From Eledone cirrhosa (Eukaryota): a stretch of DNA of 64,000 nucleotides. The position numbers were made by a program, and so were the translations under genes. Positions within the stretch are counted from its first letter, which is position 1. Each line of letters opens with the position of its first letter. Under the pieces are notes generated by a model. It saw only the letters and a list, made by a program, of their open reading frames with translations. It was not told the origin of the DNA and did not search any database. Of the stretch, positions 10,270 to 23,179 are shown piece after piece. The stretch lies in the NCBI GenBank assembly GCA_964016885.1, contig OZ024741.1:97340001-97404000 (forward strand), in the 5' to 3' direction.

Positions 10270-11520
10270 CTGATCCACCCGTTGACCATCCGCTCCACCA
10301 TCAGGTCCAGGCTACAACAGCTCCAGACTCTCACGAGCCAACTAGGATTGATTGACGGCCACCCAGCTCTCTTTCTGCTGAGGAACTGCTTCGCCATGAC
10401 GAAGATTCTCTATGCACCCCGCAGCGCTCCGTGCTCCACCCAGACATCTCTCCTTGCTGACTTCGAGGAGATATGCAAAGTTAAGTTTGACGCCATGGGG
10501 TGGTAACAGGCCACTTTACCTGTCTGGTATGGCGGTCTTGGCCTCCAGTCCCCGATCTCACTAGCTTTGCCAGTGTATCTTTCGTCGGTAAGCTCGTGCC
10601 GCGTCCTCGTCAGCAGGGTTCTTCAAAACACAGCAGAACCCTCTGTGTTCAGAGAACGCGAGGCCGCCTGTGAGACGTGGGGCCAGCTGGGACTTAACGC
10701 AGTAGACGTCCCTCCTCTTTCTACCTCTGTAGATGTCAAGTCGCCCAACGCACTTGGGATGCCATCCAGTGCAGCCTGGCCTCAGACAGTCTCACGCGCC
10801 AGCTCGATCAACACCGCCTTGCTTGTTTTCGTGCGGACGCCAAACCCCACAGTGGTGCCTGGCTCCATGCCCTGCCCTCCTTCTCCACTGGCACGCAGCT
10901 AGACAACCATATCCTGCGCATCGGCGTTTCCCTGAGGCTCTGCCTCCGGATCTACCAGCCACGCCAATGTCGCTGCGGTTCCACCGTAGACTCTTTCGGC
11001 CTCAACACGCTTTCCTGTCGCCACAGTGCCGGCCGCATTCCACGCCATGCTGCCCTCAACGAGGTCATTAAGCATGGCTTGGACGCTGTAGGCTTCCCTT
11101 CCCAGCTCGAGCCGATGGGGCTGGATCGAGGGGACGGCCAAAGGCCAGATGGCATGACCATCTTCCCGTTCCGCGGTGGCAAACCCCTCGTCTGGGATGC
11201 CACTTGCACCGACACTTTCTGCAGCCGCAACATGGTGCAGTCTGCGACTGACCCAGGTTCTGCTGCACGTCGGGCTCATAGGGCCAAACTCATCAAATAC
11301 CGATCGCTCTCCGACAGGTTTGCACGCGTACCCCTGGTAGTGGAGACTTCTTGTGTCCTTGGCCGCAGGGCTACCTCCTTACTCACTACGATAGGCGCTG
11401 AAATGGCCAGCCGCAGATATGAGCCCCGCGAGTTGGAGTGACTCTTCCAGCGCGTCTCCCTCGCCCTCCTCCGGGGAAACGTCTTCCCCATTCTGTCCGC
11501 CGGGGCTGCGGGTGGGCCCC
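10270..11520 (+). mobile_element. 5'-truncated CRE-clade non-LTR retrotransposon (RT C-terminus, Zn motif, RLE)
   Basis: LPVWYGGLG, HSGAWLHALP, CRCG...RHAALNE, RPDG...VWDATC, VET...LFQRVSLALLRGN motifs with stops. Confidence 0.85.
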
Positions 11521-11794
11521 ATCACGTACCCTTCTAGTTGTTATAGAAGAAACAGGAAGACAACAATAAGGAATATTGTAGAGTGAAAATGAGTATGCCA
11601 GGTATAATAGTTTGCAAAAGCGCAAAGCAAATATCATTTAATACTAATTAAATTCCTAATTAATAAAATGTAGTTATTAGTTACTCTAATGCATCTAGAG
11701 CGGCACCTCAATGTAGTAATTTATCAATATTATCTTCCATAATGATACACCGCCCCCTAAAAAAACAACATGGCTATATTTTCGGCAGGTACTA

Positions 11795-12240
11795 TGTATA
11801 TTTAACAGGAGTGATTATATTTGGTTTAACCTAAGGAAGAATGGAAACTGAATATAATAGTGTAGATATGTAAAGATCCATTTAAGTGTATTTAGAGTGT
11901 GTAACTAATGAAGAAAAATGAAAATAAGAAAAAAGGAAAAAAAATTCAGATGCTGTTTGCAATGAACCAACTCTTAAACAAAAAGGATGAACTTGTTACT
12001 TCGTGTAAACACAGAATACATAGGACATATCTTACCTTCAAACCCCCTCACGACCCGGGTGGGTAGACCTCGGCTATATCTCTTTCCTATTTACAAACTA
12101 TGACAGGGGAAATCCCAAGCATAATTAGGTAGAAGAGAAATGTTTTTCTTTTTTTCTTCATGAGTTACACACTGTAATTACACTTATTATATTCACATAT
12201 ATTATATTCAGTTTCCATTCTTCCTGTTAAATCTACGTAG
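11795..12240. mobile_element. Old fold-back Penelope-like remnant
   Basis: Inverted arms (gaagaatggaaactgaatataata near 11836 vs its complement near 12200) enclosing LLNKKDELVTSCKH, which resembles a PLE endonuclease C-terminus. Confidence 0.55.
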
Positions 12241-12288
12241 AGATATAGCTATATCTATCTATCTATCCATCTCTCTCTCTCTCTCTCC

Positions 12289-12378
<90 letters not shown>

Positions 12379-14091
12379 GCGTATATACGTAATTTTGTTT
12401 GTGCTGGGAACAAAGTAAAATGTATGCACTGCGTTGTAGAATAATGCTGTCACAAAAAACTTCAATTGTGTCAATATGAACCAAAATCCTGTCATAAATG
12501 CAAGTGTCTAGATGGAATTATGTATCTGTATATGTGCGGGAATTGTTGAGTAAATGATTATAATGAAAGAAGTAGTAAAAATAATGCTAAAATATAGAAG
12601 TAGAAATTTATGATTGCTTAACAATTTAAAATGAGATAAGTATAGGTTGAGTTTACTGATCCAAATATAACAACTGTGAATTCTCATTGTAAACACATTT
12701 CTTATTCTCATCTACAATTTCTGCTTCTTCGCCCAAATTTTCTAAATTCTAATGGAATACCACCTGCAGCGTTTGCCGAAAGGATTTCAATAGAACGGCT
12801 CGCTTAACTTCATTAACCATGAAACGCTTCGAAGGAAATATATCACCCGATGTGCAATGATGCTATGCATATATATTGTCTAAGAAATATCTTCCGAGAA
12901 AAGTGTGTTGCATTTAACAAGCGTTCAATAGTTGCAGGCACAGAAGTAGTACAGGTAACTCATAGTAACTATCTAGAATATAAACAAATGTGACGAAAAC
13001 AAATTTTAAAATTTCCCATTAATAAACATTCCATTATGGAAGTTCAGAAATATTTGATGCAGACATAATTCATAATTCAAATAAATATGAAATAAGTGAA
13101 GATAATAGATTTATATCTAAATATTTATTTCTCTAAGTAGCACTAGTAATGGTTATTTCTTTCCTAACCCATTTCATTGTGATGACGGCAAATTAAATAT
13201 CACCATATTTTATTTAACAGATGATACCATTTCCACACTTTATCCACAGTATTATTTAGACTAGGTACTACACGATAACCATGTGCTGATCATTTGAGTC
13301 CAGTATCTTTCAGCAATACCTTGTAGTCAATATTGCATGTGTAAAGGTGGTGTAGTTGTAGAAATGCAGAGTAAAGTATTAATCACCGCATAAAACATCA
13401 TCCGTTTACATTCCGATGTTAAATCTCAACGTAGGAAAATCTGCTTTCGTTCTTCCGGAATCAATTAGATTGCACTGACAAAGAAGGTAGAAGTAATCAA
13501 CCGCAGTCCCCTGTAATATTCCTAGCATTAATCCATTTGTAGAAATCTGTATAACCTATTTGGTGGTGAAATTGAATGATCTGTTGTATTCTGGCTTATT
13601 TGTTACGTTACTTCCAAACATTGAGATAGATACCTTGAGTTATTTATTACAAATACATTAAAATGTATTGTAATTAAAGGAAACAAATGCCATTAATATG
13701 ATGCCATTGCTCGTATTAGTTCTAATTTCATCAAGTATTTTAATAAATTTCTTTCATTATTCGTCTAAATAATCATTTAAAATTTCTCTCTAGTTATTTA
13801 GTATGGTGGAAACTACTAAGGAGATGATATTTAGAAGATCTCAGATACTACTGAGTTCTACGTGTTTTATTACGCTATTCGCCAACACGTTATTGACGTG
13901 TACGCAAATAACCAATTCAAAGAGTTAATTACAGTGGGTGACGTTTAATCACTCCATACCTACCTCTCAGCCTTATAAGTGACTAATAATTCAATATTGA
14001 ATACAAAGGGAGAGGATGATGAAACTTGACAAATCCCTAATCTATCTATATATGTTTATATACAAACAAAACACAAGCACTCATGCAAATG

Positions 14092-14166
14092 ACGGTTGCC
14101 CCACTCGTTTTCGAGTATGACCATTGCACGATAAAAAAATACACATATACATATGCACCCCCCCCC

Positions 14167-14198
<32 letters not shown>

Positions 14199-16297
14199 GT
14201 AATAATTAACGGTGCTGCGATCGAATGTGGCTCTTTAGCCCAGCCAATGATCTAAAATATGTTGCACAGAGTTGGCAAACATAGCCGGCTGTGGTTGGTT
14301 TTCGTGTACTTTTGCATGTCGTTTGAGCACACCTGCTGATTTACATTCTTTTCCACATGCTTCACGGGTAAGATGAGAAGCATCTCCGACAGCAGCCTGG
14401 TAGTCAACCACTGGTCTCACCTTATGACTTCGAAGATGACTTTTGAGTCCATCTTTGCTGAGGCTGCATGTACAGACGCTGCATGTCAGCACCATAGGAG
14501 GACCTTTACTGTCTGGAAATGTAGCCGCAATGCCTTTCCTGACCTCCCTTTTTACTTTCTCGTATGCGATTCGAGATGCTTCAAAAGCAAATTCCCCTCG
14601 TGTACAATCTTTCTCCATTACTACGATCAGCAGCTACGCTTTCCCCTGAATCAGCAGAGATGTCAGCGTCTTTCAAGGAGGTATTTAACGAATCCTTATA
14701 CTTGTTTTATTGGTTTATGCGGAGGTCGTTTTCCTTTAACAAACGCTCCATAGAAGAGTTGTTTTAGTATCCAAGAATCCACTATCTTGGCAAGGTGATC
14801 ACTTTATCCGTGTCTTTGCTTACACACAAGAGCTTCTATTCTTTCATACAGAGAGCTTTCCAAAATAGCTACATCATTGATGTGCTCTCTCCGGTTAACG
14901 CCATGGATTCGTCTGAGACACATCTGATGGAAACATTCCAACTGTTTAAGGTGGTGTCGATATGTGACCCAGGTCTAGCAGGGATAAAGAAGAATTATAT
15001 AGCATACAGGCATTGTAGACCTTTAACTTTGTCTTCTTGCATATGTCTCGCCGACCCCAGAGGCGCCTTTCTAGCATCACTTGCTTTCCTAATCCTGTGT
15101 GGAATTTAATTATCAAGATTGCTGTATCGATTGACAGAGCTTCCCTGGTAGACAGACAAACTGATCAACCGTTCCAAGCCGTTTACCGTACACATAGATA
15201 TTTCGTTCATTGTACTGCTTACCAGGGGTAGGATTGTATATGCCAATAGTTTTCTTGAGATTGACAGTCAATCCTAGCGCAGTGCAACCATTAGAAAATG
15301 CATTCAAAAGGTGTTGCATATCAATCTCTGTGTGCGCAATCATCTGCACACAAAACGTCTCTTATGACACGTTTGTTTTCGGAGCAAAGCGCCTGGTGTT
15401 AAATATACTGCCAGATGTTCTATAGTACATGTAAACACCATGCTTGTAATTCCTGAATGCAATATAGAAAACCATCGCAAAGTATACAGCAAACAAGGTC
15501 CGTGCTGGAATGTTCCCTTGTTTTACTCCATTTTTCATTGAGAGAGGCTCTGACATGTTACCTCTGACATTAACCGAAACCTTCATGTCATCATGGAAAG
15601 ACATAACCAAAACAAGAACTTATCAGGGCAACCAAGTTTCTGGAGAACCTTCCACAATGCATTTCTGATTACAGTATCAAAAGCTTTTGTGAGATCGACA
15701 AAAACCTCATACACATTCAAACCCAGATCCATACACTTCTGCTGAAGCTGTGTAGCTGAGAAGATCATATCAGTAGTGTCGTGTCCAGCTCTAAAACCAG
15801 ATTGACTTTCAGAAAAAACATAATCTGCAATATGTGTTAGCAGACGGTCCAGAAGCACACTACATAAAACTTTTCCTACGAGAGAAAGCAATGATATATC
15901 CTATATTTTCCACAATAATCTTTGTTACCATTTCCCTTGTACGAGACTACTATTTATGCATCTCTCCAGTCCTAAGGTACGGATTCACTGGCCCATATCT
16001 TGCCAAACGAAGAGTGAAGGTTCACAGAAGTTTCTCACCTCAATATTGTAAGGGCTCTGCATGTATGTCATCCATACCTGAAGACCTTCCACTGTTCAGC
16101 TTCGAGAAAGCTACTGCAACTCTCTCTAAATTCGGTGGGTCTGCTAGAGCTACTTTCACAGATTTTTCAGGGATGATATTGAGGAAATCCTCATTGACGA
16201 CAGACAGCCGATTCTGCCACCTCCACAGAATTTCCTTTGAGTCCCGAAGAAATTACTTGCCATCCTTGCTGCGAACCGGTGTCACCAGAGACGGTAC
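14092..16297 (-). mobile_element. 5'-truncated RTE-clade LINE (RT plus C-terminal C2H2 fingers), decayed
   Basis: ESQSGFRAG, FVDLTKAFD, GVKQG, GLTVNLKKT; C2H2 remnants CSVC..LKSH and CGKECKS..LKRH; 3' hairpin remnant at 14092-14128 split off by a microsatellite. Confidence 0.9.
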
Positions 16298-16359
16298 ATA
16301 ACATACATACATACATACATACATGCATACATACATACATACATACATACATACATACA

Positions 16360-16391
<32 letters not shown>

Positions 16392-16392
<1 letters not shown>

Positions 16393-16997
16393 GGTGGCTG
16401 CCAACTGGTTTTCGAGTACGGCCACTACTTTACATCCATGTAGGAGAACGCCTACCGATGCGCTGAACGAGTGTGACGTTTTAATCCCACCAGCGACTTG
16501 AAAACTCTGGTACAAACACTACACTTGTGACAATTACTGACACAGTGCTGGGCCAATGGTACCATGTGACGACAAGTGCAGAGAGATCTCCAGATATAAA
16601 GCAATACCTGTGTCGAGAAGCTTTTATAGTTAGCAAAGGCACTGCACAAAGCCAGTCCCACTCTCTTAACCAAGATGATATTTACCAAAAAGAAGAACAA
16701 GTCAACATCATTGGATACCATCAGGGTTTCAGGTGTTATATAAGAGTGTTCCTACTCCTAGAATTCTGCCTTGACAAAGGCTAAGGGGTCATATCTCCCG
16801 GTGATTTTGGATGGCCATTGACTCTTAAGAGCTCCTTTGCCCTTTGACAGGTTTTGTTTTTAGTCCTGCAGGATGTCCAAAGTCACCCTCCTCACCAAGA
16901 AACCTTGGTGGGGTTGCCAGTTTAGTCGCCAACGACCCGACCATGAGACAGGTTGTACTGGCATACATGTTACCAGTATCACCAACTGGTGACATGC
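16392..16997 (-). mobile_element. Second full copy of the non-autonomous RTE-derived element
   Basis: Reverse-complement match to 1787-2392; (ATAC)n on both flanks. Confidence 0.85.
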
Positions 16998-17982
16998 ATA
17001 TATACATACATACATACATACATACATACATACATACATACATACATACATACATACATACATACATACATACATTGTATATACCTTATGCTAGTCCCGT
17101 CAACTTCTTATTATTTTCTCCCAACTCGCAGATTCACAATGAGGGGAAGTTGAGCAATTTTACACATTTTTATTGCTTTGTTTAATGTACGCTCTAGTAC
17201 CTGTTCGATCTTTCTCTCTCAATCACCTATTGACTCGTACACGTTGTAAGTGATTGGATTTGCGCACGCCGTTCGTCGAAATATTCCGAATTCTAATTCT
17301 AACCAACGTGCTAACTCTGTATGGCTGTCTAATTGCCTGTTGGCATTTAAATCACGATATGTCTTACATATTACAATTGTGTACTTTCACACCGTTTTGC
17401 GATAGTACGTGGAGACTAGAGTCGAATGTTACCATTTTATTGTACAGCGATTCGAGACAAATTTCCTCTAATAACCAATTTTTAACTCACATGTTTAATA
17501 GGTGTTTCACTTTAGATATGTTTTTTGAGTACTGATGGAAGGAGTTGAGCAAAGATACTCGACTCCTAACCATCGCGTGAATGTCTGAACCTGTATCGAA
17601 TTGATTGACGGTAATTTGATGATGCGTAGGAATTTCATTTGCCAATGTGTCGCCTGTTGCATTTACTGCCTTAAACAACACAGACTGGTATAGAATCCTG
17701 TCCATCGATTGGTTATTCATTAGGAGAGATCTGTTGATGAAGCCACAATCACCGATTGTGCATTATTGTACGCTTTCTTGCTGCATTAAGTGTGGCTGAA
17801 ACTCGATTACATGTATAAATTGATGCTATCCATTTACGGATGGGGCATCGAGGCAAATAACTTTGTGTCTACTGTGGGATTTTTAAATAACATTACATAT
17901 TGAGTACGCTGATATACAAACGTTACTAGCAGGGAAACCTTATGCTAGGCCATTCAACCCCTTATTATATATATATATATAT

Positions 17983-18311
17983 ATTAGAAAGTGAGGTTAT
18001 TTTTACAAAATGAAAAATAACTGAGGTGTCCTACACGAGTGAAAGTGTAAAGAAAAAAAGATGAAATCGAAACTATAAAAATATATATTTATTTGGTTCC
18101 TTTACCGGTTTCGCATTTCTTCTGCTTTTCAAAAGTAGAGTTGAGATGGAGGGTCTGTGGTTTTTCTCACAGATGTGAGAAAGACCACAGACCTTCCATC
18201 TCATCTCTACTTTAGAAAAGCAGTAAAGGAAACCGGTACAAGGAACCAAATAAATATATATATTTTTTTTTAAATAAGACTCCAGTTGCATTTTCGATTT
18301 CATCTTTTTTT

Positions 18312-18316
<5 letters not shown>
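17983..18316. mobile_element. Family G fold-back element in (TA)n
   Basis: Homologous to 61276-61615; inverted arms; variant hammerhead on the minus strand at 18099-18136. Confidence 0.8.
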
Positions 18317-18379
<63 letters not shown>

Positions 18380-18382
<3 letters not shown>

Positions 18383-18733
18383 ATAAGAAACAGAGAATCA
18401 GTGTTTCGACGAATAACATTTATTAGACATATTACAATCGTTTCTCTTGCGACCATCTCGAGGCACGATCGATGTAATGATCGAACCTGACACTGGAATC
18501 GCAAGCTCGTCAGATACGTCTTGACTCTACGATCTTGCGATTTCTTGCGATCACTACATCAATCGTCCCTCGAGCTGGTCATCAGAGAAACGATTGTAAT
18601 ATGTCTAATAAATTTAATTCGCCGCAACATTGATTCTCCGTTTCTTATGTGATATCATACTCTGCTCTGCTCTCTCAGAGCAGCAAGTGCTCAAACGACC
18701 TACCGCTTACGGACGCTTTAAGCATCCCACACC

Positions 18734-18736
<3 letters not shown>
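18380..18736. mobile_element. Family H fold-back element in (TA)n
   Basis: Arm starting at 18380 is inverted at ~18545-18652; homologous copy at 37296-37630. Confidence 0.8.
18425..18521 (-). ncRNA. Type I hammerhead ribozyme with enlarged stem II (family H)
   Basis: agacgtat-CTGACGA-g-cttgcga...tcgcaag-a-GAAA-cgattg-TA-atatgtct followed by AATAAA. Confidence 0.8.
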
Positions 18737-18801
<65 letters not shown>

Positions 18802-19179
18802 AGGACATAATACATACATAACGCGTTACCGACTGCATTGTGTACAATTATAAAGTGCCGCCACGCTATGTTTTCCGTTTCTCTGATTTTACTGAATGGG
18901 TATAAATGTATGTTTGCTTGTGTGAATGCCCAACCATCTTCTTATCAATTTACTTTGCTAGTCATTTCAGCACTTCATTAGTTGTATGTATGGTATTATT
19001 TGATTATGCATGGATGTATATAGGTTCTAGTTTTAAGTAAGGAAAGCTATTCCAGATTAGGGGAAAACAGTCTTCATGTGTTTTATGTTTATATATTTGC
19101 ATGAATACAACTATAGCAGTTGGTATGTATGCATATGATTATGTACCTACGTATCTATGTATCTATATCTATGTCTCTT

Positions 19180-19276
<97 letters not shown>

Positions 19277-20397
19277 CTGACTCTATGTCCATCTGTGAAT
19301 TTATCTATCCATGAGGCTATATGTTTATGCAGAAATGATTTCTCTAATTGTGATTATTCAAAGACAAAACACGATTTTCCGATAATTGATAATGTCATAC
19401 ATTAGTTATATAGTAGAATAGAATTATTAAATATAATTTAAGTTAGAAAACTATTTTATTCTTTTTTCATTTAATGTTTATTCATTACTGCCTTTATATA
19501 TTTTGTAGAATACAGTAAACCCACTAGTATAAATCTAATGTTTAAAATTGACAGGTATTCTGCTCAAGATATCTTTAACTAATAAATACATTTCCGAAGG
19601 AGATAAATTATGGTAATATGTTCGTATTGATTGAGGCTGTTCAATGGCAGACCCAGTAGATCGCATAACAAAATTTATAACGGTGTTTAGTGACGTCTTT
19701 AATATTCGTAATGTAAATCCTGCTTCGGTCAACTTTGCATCTTATCCTCCCGAGATGCACCAACAATAGCAATACATTTCTTTATCCAGTAATTGATGAA
19801 ATAATGATGAATGAAATACTATTTCTTTAAAACGTTTGTGGAATTTTACATATTTTACAAATCAATAATTCTAGCAATGTTTTATCTTATCTTTTACATA
19901 CCACCTTCGAATTACGGTGTCTTTAAACATCGTTTATTTATATTCATCGCAAAGATGTTGGTGATAAACATGGAACTATTCCAGTTATTTTTATCTCATT
20001 CACTCCATCACAACCGTAACAAACAAACACATAAGCAGGTTTTATCAATTTGTCTTCTTAGATAAATATGCAAATATCTCTAAGGCAAGAGCTCCTTTCT
20101 ACAGCTGAAACTTTCTTACTGTTGTGACACGCAAACTGATGACTGATAAATATGTGCATGATGGATTGAATCAATGTCCACTGTAGATCATATTTATGTA
20201 TTAACTAAAAGAAATTGTCAAGTTATAAACATAGAATTCACTGCCCTATATGAGAAAGCAATACCCAACATCTGCAGAGGTGAATAACTAATTCTTCTCA
20301 AAACATACGTAACATAATTCACACTACTTTAAATCATTTATGTTTAAAGACAAAGGAACGTAGTATATGTCAAATAACCAGAACTGCGATAAATTAA

Positions 20398-20645
20398 TCT
20401 CTGGTGTTGTTGGATACCACGAGAGTTTCACCCAACGGAAGGGAGTATGTAAGTTTCGGTGCATCCTCTTTTCCAAAGTGGATTAACTCAAATTCAGCAG
20501 CATATTGTTCTTTTCTGCCCATTGGATAAAAGCTAGAAGATATGATTGAAGGAATGTTCGGTCACCTAGTCCATTGTTTACCTTCTGAAGCTTGGAATCA
20601 TCTGCATAGATTCTTATGTTGCAGTGCTTGATAATGGGAGCCTGT
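20398..20645 (-). pseudogene. CR1/Jockey-group reverse transcriptase fragment
   Basis: IRIYADDSKL...FLQSYL..FIQWAEKNNML...FELIHFG. Confidence 0.75.
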
Positions 20646-20930
20646 TCCATGGCCTCAATCACGTTACGATTAACGAATGTTCGTAGATCAGGAGGTCGTT
20701 AAAGTGCTCAGGCTATCTTGCTTTGATTTCCTCAGGCTTACACTGATTCATTTCCATTCAATCCCCGCAATTGAACAAAGACTGTAATGGGTAACAACGT
20801 GCATCCGGACAGTCATTTCTTCCATCATCCATTTCTGTCGAAAGAATATATATATATATTTATATTGTTATACTTGGGGAGGGTCATATTGTTGTAATGA
20901 TATTGCCAGAATTAATAACATATATATATT

Positions 20931-20961
<31 letters not shown>

Positions 20962-20967
<6 letters not shown>

Positions 20968-21396
20968 TTTTCGGTGCGCCCAACCGACTAAACTCACTCG
21001 GTATGCAAATTAGGCTGCTCAGCCGTTAATATACATAAGGAAAGTATATACTTTCAGACGTTCAACCATCTGGCAGGAAGGTATACGATGCTGACAATAG
21101 CTAATAAGCTTGAAACTAGTACATCGTTCCTGTGTCAGTGTTGAACAAAAAGGTGACGTGGTTGCCTAAACACTGTACGGCGTAATTCGGGCTGTTTGTT
21201 TACAAACAAACAAACCGAGCATTATAATAAATGTTCGGTAAACCGATACGTGCATATATATATATATATATGTGTGCATGTATGTATATATATACATACT
21301 ACGTCTGTATACATATATGTACGTATACATACATGCATACTTACATTTAACTGCCGTACTAAGAGTGAGCAATGAAATTTCGTTTCATTCTATTCC

Positions 21397-21400
<4 letters not shown>
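20962..21400 (+). mobile_element. Diverged solo monomer of family A
   Basis: Same start (TATCGTTTTCGGT) and end as the array unit; HHR core mutated to CTGACAA, stem I acgatg/catcgt; TA flanks. Confidence 0.85.
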
Positions 21401-21438
<38 letters not shown>

Positions 21439-21691
21439 TTTCGACAGAAATGGCTGATGGAAGAAATGGCTGTATATATATATAAATAGAAAAGAATGAA
21501 ACGAAATTTCATTTCTCACTCTTAGTACGGCTGATACCTAAATATAAATATTTATACGTACATACATATATGTGTACATCTGTACACATATATGTATGTG
21601 CGTCTAAATACTTCTATAAATATATATATATATACTTCGTTTCTGAATTTGTTTAGCAAGATTCTTTATCTGAAAACGTGTGTTGAAACCG

Positions 21692-23093
21692 ATATTGTTA
21701 TGCTTTGGGAGGGTCATGTTGCCAATAAGAAATACACGCACCATATGCTTTCACTTCAATTTATTATAAATTAAATTTATAAATTTAAGAACTTATAAAT
21801 TTCCGGTTGGTTGGTTGTTTCCACAACCAGACGATTGTACATATACTGTCAAATTTTTTAGTCACACGTTCTGTGACCTCTTCAGTGACTGGGGATTCTT
21901 TTCTTTGTTTTTGTGCCTCCCCTTTGTTCTGTCCTATGCCACCTTGTTTTTGTGTGAGTTGTGTGCTTAGTTTGCGCATGTGTTACATCCGGGTGTCTGT
22001 GTGTGTTTATATTTGTTTATGTATTTGTTTATTTACATGTTACTGGTTGGTTGTTTGTTCTATGTGTGTGTGTATTTTCATTTTGTCCTTAATTGTAAGT
22101 TGTGATGTTGCTATTCCATTCATGTTTTCTATTTAATTTTGGTTGGAGTTCATTTATGTTTATTGCCTCTGTGATTTGTCTAAACATTGCGCCCTTTGTG
22201 TCCGTAGATTCTATTTTTATGTCCATGTTCTCTAATTTACCCCTATGTTCCATCCTAGCATGCCGGTGGAGTACAGATGATTCACCACCATGTTGAAACT
22301 CCCGCCCGTGCCCGCCAATCCGCTCTCCCATACCACGAGCCGTCCCACCCATGCACACCACACTCCCATCTCCACACTGTCCCTCAGCACACCCCATGCC
22401 ATATACCACATTTCCAGTTTTACAGTCAACATGGGGGCCCTGTTTACAGACGACACATCCCTCATCTATAGAGGGAGGTTCCCGAAAAGGGTATGTATTG
22501 CCACCAAGTGTTTCCATAGAGGCACCCGGTCTTTCCACCATCCCAACACTGAGTCTATTTTTATCTAGGGCCCCTCTAAATTTGTAAGCCAACTCTCCCC
22601 CAGGGACTGTACCAATTAACACCACACTCTGGCATATATTGCTATCACACCATGAGTCTTCTCCATCAACCTTATTCCCAGGTCTTTCTACTCCATTCCC
22701 TAAATCTGCTCCTATACAAGGGGCAGGTCCCATTTGAATCATCATTTACCATTTTTCCCACTTGGCTCTGGCTCCTCTATATACTCTGATCCCATCTCTC
22801 TGATTGTAACCCGAGAACTGCCCACGGTGGATGAAGTGTTGTATAGCGTAGGACAGAACAAAGGAGAGGCACAAAAGCAGAGAAAATAATCCCCAGTCAC
22901 TGAAGAGGTCACATAATGTGTGACGAAAGAACTTTGACAATATATGAACAATCGTCTGGTTGTGGAACCAACCAACCAACCGGAAATTTATAAATTCTTA
23001 AATTTATAAATTTAATTTATAATAAATTGAAGTGAAAGCTTCTGGTGCGTGTGTTTCTTATTGGCAACATGACCATCCCAAAGCATAACAATA
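21692..23093 (-). mobile_element. Penelope-like element (family D): GIY-YIG region between inverted pLTRs; A-to-G hypermutated
   Basis: Inverted arms 21692-21937 and 22849-23093; ORF 22089-22745 with CK..NVVY, TAR...ERI..H and RQITEAINI...LNRKHEW. Confidence 0.9.
22896..22938 (+). ncRNA. Hammerhead ribozyme in pLTR (family D), minimal stem III
   Basis: gtca-CTGAAGA-g-gtcaca/taatg/tgtgac-GAAA-gaac-TT-tgac; the mirror copy near 21848-21890 has GAAA changed to TAAA. Confidence 0.65.
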
Positions 23094-23131
23094 TATATAA
23101 ATATATGTATTTATATTTGTATTTGTATAGT

Positions 23132-23179
<48 letters not shown>

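Noticed and set aside
12500-13650. Candidate host exons on the minus strand
   Set aside because: Frames are short or contain stops, with no recognisable protein and no consistent splice phase.
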